Position numbers and translations under genes: made by a program. Below, piece by piece: positions 59,095-64,000 of a stretch of 64,000 nucleotides of DNA (within the stretch, counting starts at the first letter, position 1; each line of letters begins with the position of its first letter). Under the pieces are notes generated by a model. It saw nothing but the letters and a program-made list of their open reading frames with translations. It did not search any database and was not told the DNA's origin. Location of the stretch: positions 47,180-111,179 of IMG/VR virus record IMGVR_UViG_3300045049_000234; one strand, 5' to 3'. This DNA is from a virus.

Positions 59095-59168
59095 CACCGG
59101 CGGCAGGACTCGAACCTGCGACTCTGAGATTCGTAATCTCAAGCTCTTTCCAGCTGAGCTACGCCGGT
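59095..59168 (-). tRNA. tRNA-Arg(ACG)
   Basis: ACCGGCG/CGCCGGT acceptor, TGAGA-TTACGAA-TCTCA, T-loop TTCGAGT; no encoded CCA. Confidence 0.9.
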
Positions 59169-59286
59169 TAGCGGCGGGATGCTTCTTCCGGACGAACCGA
59201 CGCTCACGCGAGGACCCGCCTGCAACCCGCCTGCCACACGCGGCACCGGCTTCCAGGGGCAGCCGTACTGGTGCGTTGCGTGGTCG

Positions 59287-59360
59287 TCGCCCCGAGTGGA
59301 ATTGAACCACCGGCCTTTCCCTTATCAGGGGAACGCTCTGACCAACTGAGCTACGGGGCA
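59287..59360 (-). tRNA. tRNA-Ile(GAU)
   Basis: TGCCCCG/CGGGGCG acceptor, TTCCC-CTGATAA-GGGAA, T-loop TTCAATT. Confidence 0.88.
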
Positions 59361-59468
59361 TTGCGGGTGCGCTTTCGAAACAACGAGGTGCGCACCGCTG
59401 ACGCGGGAGGACTGCCATCCTGCCCCGCGCCCCGAGACGAGCGCTGGCAGGCGCCTGTCTCTACCTCG

Positions 59469-59540
59469 CTCCCGATCGAGGATTCGAACCTCGTATGCCG
59501 CGTCCAGAGCGCGGCGTGTTGCCGATTACACCAACCGGGA
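59469..59540 (-). tRNA. tRNA-Gln(CUG)
   Basis: TCCCGGT/ATCGGGA acceptor, CCGCG-CTCTGGA-CGCGG, T-loop TTCGAAT. Confidence 0.92.
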
Positions 59541-59771
59541 TCGGTTGTCCTACACGTCCTGTTTCACCCACCGGCCGTTGTGGCGGACCTCCACCACCAC
59601 GTCCGGCGAACCGCCCACGGGCCAAGAGGCGGCGGTGCCCTAGTGGAACCGGGGGGAGTCGAACCCCGTGCGCGCGCTCGTGGCTACCCGCCACGGCCGA
59701 TCCCATGGTGGTCGGTCTTTCAGCGCACACGTGCCCGGGACGCGTCCGGGTTTGGTGCCGACCAAGCGCCG

Positions 59772-59844
59772 TAGGCCCACGAGGACTCGAACCTCGAACC
59801 CGCTGCTTGTAAGGCAGCCGCTCTCCCAATTGAGCTATAGGCCC
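59772..59844 (-). tRNA. tRNA-Val(UAC)
   Basis: GGGCCTA/TGGGCCT acceptor, GCTGC-CTTACAA-GCAGC, T-loop TTCGAGT. Confidence 0.92.
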
Positions 59845-59908
59845 AGGTCACCGGACACAGCCATGGCCTAACGCCGGTGCCTTAGTCGTGAAGTTGTCAA
59901 ACAGTCAG

Positions 59909-59981
59909 TTGCGGAGACGGGAGTCGAACCCGCAAATGCAAGGGTTATGAGCCCTCCGGCTTACCGTTGGCCTACTCCGCG
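59909..59981 (-). tRNA. Initiator tRNA-fMet(CAU)
   Basis: C1:A72 mismatch, GAGGG-CTCATAA-CCCTT with three consecutive G:C pairs. Confidence 0.9.
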
Positions 59982-60346
59982 TTGATGTACTTATGGAATG
60001 CCCCGCGTTGAGCGGCCACTCGGCGGTGACAGTTGGCGCAACGCACGTCGCAGCGCAGCGTGCGCTATCGCGGTCAGACCGAGGAGTTGAACTCGCCCGC
60101 GTCGGTCTCGCGCTCCGGCTGGCGGATCTGCGCCTTACGCGCACGGATCAGCTCGCTGAGCGGTACATGCTGCAAGTTCGCGACGCCCGAGACGATCTCG
60201 GTGTCCTGCGGTACCTCGTCCATGGGGTCCTCCCGTCGTCCAACCGATGTCCCTAGCGTAGCATAGTCAACCGATCAGCGCATCCCCCATTCACGGCGCA
60301 ACGCTGTAACCTGCGAGAAGTCACCACCTGCCACCGGCGGGTAAGA

Positions 60347-60739
60347 ATGATCATGGGAGACGCCATGCAGGACACCCGCGTCATCGCCTTCGACTCCGCC
60401 GACCCCGGCGCCGTCACGTACATGGGCATGGAGACCATCAAGGACGTCACCACCACCGTGGCCACCACCACGCAGAACCCGATCACGCGGTCCGTGGTCA
60501 AACTCGACCCGCCGCTGCCCGTCGCCGACCTCGGCACGTTCCGGGCGCGGTTCGCGCAGTTCTGCGACGACGCGTGGATGCTGCCGACCCGCCGCGACCC
60601 GCAGCGGGTGAACCCGCATCGCGTCATCGACGGCACCGAACCCGTGGACGTCCTGAACGACACCGTGGCGCGCCTGGTCGCAGAGCACGGCCCGTGGGCG
60701 GTGAGCGCCGCCGTGGCGAAGCTGATGCCGGAGCACTGA
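60347..60739 (+). CDS. Hypothetical protein
   Basis: Protein-like ORF diverging from the tRNA transcript. Confidence 0.6.
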   Translation: MIMGDAMQDTRVIAFDSADPGAVTYMGMETIKDVTTTVATTTQNPITRSVVKLDPPLPVADLGTFRARFAQFCDDAWMLPTRRDPQRVNPHRVIDGTEPVDVLNDTVARLVAEHGPWAVSAAVAKLMPEH

Positions 60740-60864
60740 TCCCGCAGGCGCGTGTGGTCCCGGCGACCGAATCCGCGCCGCCTACGTGCGTGCGGGCCGT
60801 GTCCCGCACTACGGTGTGTCGTTAGGCACGGCGTGTAGCGGCCCCACGACCCGAGGCGGTCACC

Positions 60865-61161
60865 GTGGATTACAGCGAGTCCATCGCGCTCCTGGAGCGC
60901 CGTATCGCGCAGCTCGAAGAGTTCATGATCCCGGCGATACTGCCGATCAGGGTCACCGAGGAAGTGATCACGATCCCCGGCGACCCGCCCCGCTACCACA
61001 TCCGGTGGACCGACAGCCGGATGGGATTCGAGGCGGCGGTGACGACGATCGATCCGACCACAGCGCGGATCATCAACCGTCGCCTGTGGAACGAGGCGCT
61101 AGACCAGTTCCTTGACGAGAAGTTCGGCCCTCGCGAGGAGATCGCGCCCCCGCAGGAGTGA
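60865..61161 (+). CDS. Hypothetical protein
   Basis: GAGG SD before GTG. Confidence 0.62.
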   Translation: MDYSESIALLERRIAQLEEFMIPAILPIRVTEEVITIPGDPPRYHIRWTDSRMGFEAAVTTIDPTTARIINRRLWNEALDQFLDEKFGPREEIAPPQE

Positions 61162-61522
61162 ATCCCACGGGGGCACGCATCCCATTCGCAGTGCGGCCAG
61201 TCTACGGCCGCACTGCCATGCGGGCGCGCACGGGAACGCGCAGCGCCGCGACCACGCGGGCGTCGGCCCGGCGCTGCGCCCGGACCTCGCGCGCCCAGTC
61301 GATCAGGATCAACGCGCGGTCCATCACCAGGTACGCCGCCAGTCCGGTGACGAACCCCGCCGGGACGGAGTACGTCACCCACGCCATCGCGGTCACCACC
61401 AGCATCGTGACGACCGTGCGCGCCAGTACCGTCTCCGCTATCGACAGGGGCTCGCCCCGGCGCGATGTCCACACCGACCGTCTCACGGCCGTCCTCCCAT
61501 CCGTATCTGCGTCTTGATTCGT

Positions 61523-61551
61523 ACGGTACCGTAGCGCGTTAGCGCCGTCAA
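61523..61551 (-). promoter_or_regulatory. Conserved phage promoter
   Basis: TTGACG-GCGCTAACGCGCTACGG-TACCGT. Confidence 0.72.
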
Positions 61552-61552
61552 G

Positions 61553-61906
61553 TCATTCCAGGTCTTCCCGCGCCGCATCCTGAATCATCCGGATCGCGGC
61601 CAGGCAGTCCCCGTCCGAGATCGCGTCGTCGCCCTTGTTGCACCGGATGTGGTCCAGGATCGCCCGCGCGTCCATGCTGTACGGCGAGTTCGTGTTCCAT
61701 TCGTCCTCCACCAGGAACCCGATGCCGATGGTGAAGAACTTGCGGAACCCGATGATTGCCTGTACGGGGCTCAGGACCACCCGGTACGACCACTCCTCGT
61801 CGCCACCCGGACCGCCGACCATCACCGCCACGCCGCCCGGCGTCACACCGGCCACCGACGGGTCCGCCGCCTGACGGCGGCGTTCCAGAACCAGTTCAGT
61901 CGGCAC
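61553..61906 (-). CDS. Hypothetical protein
   Basis: GGAGG SD; IGIGFLVEDEWNTNSPY. Confidence 0.68.
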   Translation of the reverse strand: MPTELVLERRRQAADPSVAGVTPGGVAVMVGGPGGDEEWSYRVVLSPVQAIIGFRKFFTIGIGFLVEDEWNTNSPYSMDARAILDHIRCNKGDDAISDGDCLAAIRMIQDAAREDLE

Positions 61907-62451
61907 CGTCCACCTCCGGGTTGAACGCCTGGTACGTCACCTCGCTCGGACATGGGATCGTCATGCCGAGCACGATCGTCCCCGTCGCCGCGCACTCCGT
62001 TACGCACTGGTCGCAGATGTTGCACTCCAGGAACTGCCGCGAATGCGGCGACGGGTCGAACACCGTAGACCCGTACTGGCCGTGCGCCAGGAACACCGTC
62101 GCCGCGTACGGCTGGCGCGGCGCGTGGTCGGCCATCACCGACTCCAGCTCGCGCCCGCACCGCACGCACGGCAGCGGCGAATCGCCGGTCACGGCGTCGG
62201 CCCCAGCGGCACCGGCGACGTCGCCTTATACAGGTCGTCCAGCGTGGTCGCGCACGACTCGCACACCCACACCTCCACGCCGTCGCCGTAGAACTTGTTG
62301 TCCGGCGTGGTCAACGCCACGAACCGGCGCACCAACGTGTGATCCGGCAGCGTCATGACGTGGATCACCAGGTTCTGCGTGAACGGGTTGCGCTTGACGA
62401 ACGCGCACTGCCGCAACTCCACCACGCCGTCGTCCCGCACGATGTTGTCCG

Positions 62452-63429
62452 TCACTTGGCCTCCTTCTCCCGGCGGATCTCCGCCTTGGTCTTGGCGCGC
62501 ACGATCAGGTACCCCTCGCGCCCCGGCTGCGTGTTCCACCACACCGCCCACCCCTTGCGCGACGCGGCCTGTTGGAACACGGCTTCGCGGTACTCGTCCG
62601 GGATGAACGTGGCGTACTTGTCGTCGATCTCGCGCCAGCCGACCACCGCGTACCCGGGCTGCACGTCGAACGTGGTCGGCGACATGAACACCAGGCCGTC
62701 CCGGTTGTACCGGCACCACGGTACGCCCGTGATCGTCTTCTTGAGCTGGTCCAGCGTGACGTTCACCAGCTTGGACTCACGCACGGACCGCTCAGTGCGG
62801 ATCTTCTCGCCGTTGACCGGATCGGCGGCCATCGTGTCGTCCGACTTGCACCTGCCGCAGGCCAGCGCGCCGCCCAGGTACAGCCCACACGCGTCGTCCA
62901 TGCGGATGCCGTCGGCGTTGTTGCGGGTGACATCCTGCGCATGGCGGCACCCCTTCACGTGGATGCGCCACCGCGCGGGATCGCCCCACGCGTACCGCTT
63001 GCGCTCGTGTACGGGCCGTTCGACCTGGACGAACAGGCGCTGACCCAGTTCGGCGTCCTCGGCGGCGATGCGCTCGCAGCGCGCCTTCCACTCCGCGTCG
63101 GCCTTCGCCTTCCACTCGGCTTCCTCGCGGTCCAGTTCGGCCTGTACGCCGTCTTCCCACGCCGGTTGGAGCCATGCCGCCGTCGCCGCGCGGTAGGCCG
63201 CGCTCGCGGCGTTGATGGCGTTGATGGCGGCGTTCAGGTCGGCCATCGCACCGGCCACCTTCACGCGGTACTCGTCGAACGCCCGCGTGGCGATGGCGGC
63301 CTGTTCCTCGCTCAGGTCCACGTCCACGACGTCGCTGGTTTCCTTGGGGTCGATGCCGTCGGTGACGCCCATCAGCGCCGTCAGTTCCGGGCCGCCCTCG
63401 TCGCAGTAGATCATGCCTACCTTGGGCAC
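62452..63429 (-). CDS. Hypothetical protein with coiled coil and H..GC/CxxC motif (start approximate)
   Basis: Protein-like from VPKVGMIYCDE; RIHVKGCRH...ACGRC. Confidence 0.68.
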   Translation of the reverse strand: MPKVGMIYCDEGGPELTALMGVTDGIDPKETSDVVDVDLSEEQAAIATRAFDEYRVKVAGAMADLNAAINAINAASAAYRAATAAWLQPAWEDGVQAELDREEAEWKAKADAEWKARCERIAAEDAELGQRLFVQVERPVHERKRYAWGDPARWRIHVKGCRHAQDVTRNNADGIRMDDACGLYLGGALACGRCKSDDTMAADPVNGEKIRTERSVRESKLVNVTLDQLKKTITGVPWCRYNRDGLVFMSPTTFDVQPGYAVVGWREIDDKYATFIPDEYREAVFQQAASRKGWAVWWNTQPGREGYLIVRAKTKAEIRREKEAK

Positions 63430-64000
63430 TACTCGTCCTCCATCCAGTTCGGCGGAACCGCGTCCTGCGGCTCGCCGGGCTCGTCGGGTGCGGCCGTCAG
63501 CGCGGGCGCCGCCGGGCCGGTGGACAGGCCCTGCGACACCGCGTACGCCACGAATGCGCACACACCGGCGCCCCCGATGCCGATCCACCACTGCCACGGC
63601 AGCACGTGGATCAGGTAGGCGATCAGGCGCGCCACGGCGCGTTCCTCGGCGGGGCTCAGGTGCACCGAACCCCGCCCGGCGAATCCGGTCAGTCGTCGTC
63701 CCCCCAATACGGCTCGTCGCTGTTGTCGTTCTCCCCTTGCTCAGCCTGGTGGATCGCGCAGTACTCGCTGTCTTCCTCGGCGCCCAGGTCGCAGTACTCC
63801 GGCGCGTGGTCGTAGCTGCCCTGGTAGTACACGTACGCGCACTCGCGGGGCATATCGTCGCCCCGCGAGTGCGCGCGGTCGGTGGCCGCCTCGGTGTCCA
63901 TCACCGCATCCACTTCGGCTTGCGGTTGCGGAACCGCAGGTCGTCCCAGTCGATCAGGTCCAGCTCGTTCATCCGCTCCAGTTCGTCCACCGTCAGGCGC

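Noticed and set aside
59644-59770. tmRNA gene
   Set aside because: Only a 3'-end-like T-arm is present; no matching 5' GGGG...CGAC segment or tag reading frame found, and the region is too short.

Overview
A 64 kb, very GC-rich (visually about 70%) segment of a large actinobacterial phage or prophage. It is dense with short hypothetical genes and has no host housekeeping or rRNA genes. Recognisable modules are: (i) an RNA module on the minus strand, with a Ro60/TROVE gene running off the left edge (missing from the ORF track), a tandem array of nine Y-RNA-like units carrying different tRNA-derived inserts, and HAD phosphatase and vWA genes; (ii) a stand-alone RAMP/Cas7-like gene plus a wHTH/coiled-coil partner, flanked by about 1.25 kb of non-coding 5-nt periodic (G)GY-NN repeats broken into discrete tracts; (iii) recombination and replication genes (RusA, RecT, YqaJ, WhiB, HNH, helicase loader-like, initiator); (iv) AAA+ ATPase, vWA, ParB-like and ABC-ATPase/GNAT genes; (v) many accessory genes including a DUF2829/Tad2-like protein, an Ntn-hydrolase, a permuted NlpC/P60 protein, a zincin and twin lipoproteins; (vi) small and large terminase subunits; (vii) five tRNA genes interleaved with structured spacers. 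A conserved promoter (TTGACnnnGCTAWC...TAnnnT) and an AGGAACCC start-associated motif recur throughout. The best candidate for a new system is module (ii), a possible non-CRISPR RNA-guided system. The Ro60/Y-RNA anticodon array (i) is a second strong candidate. All protein calls come from motif recognition by eye; no database search or folding program was run.
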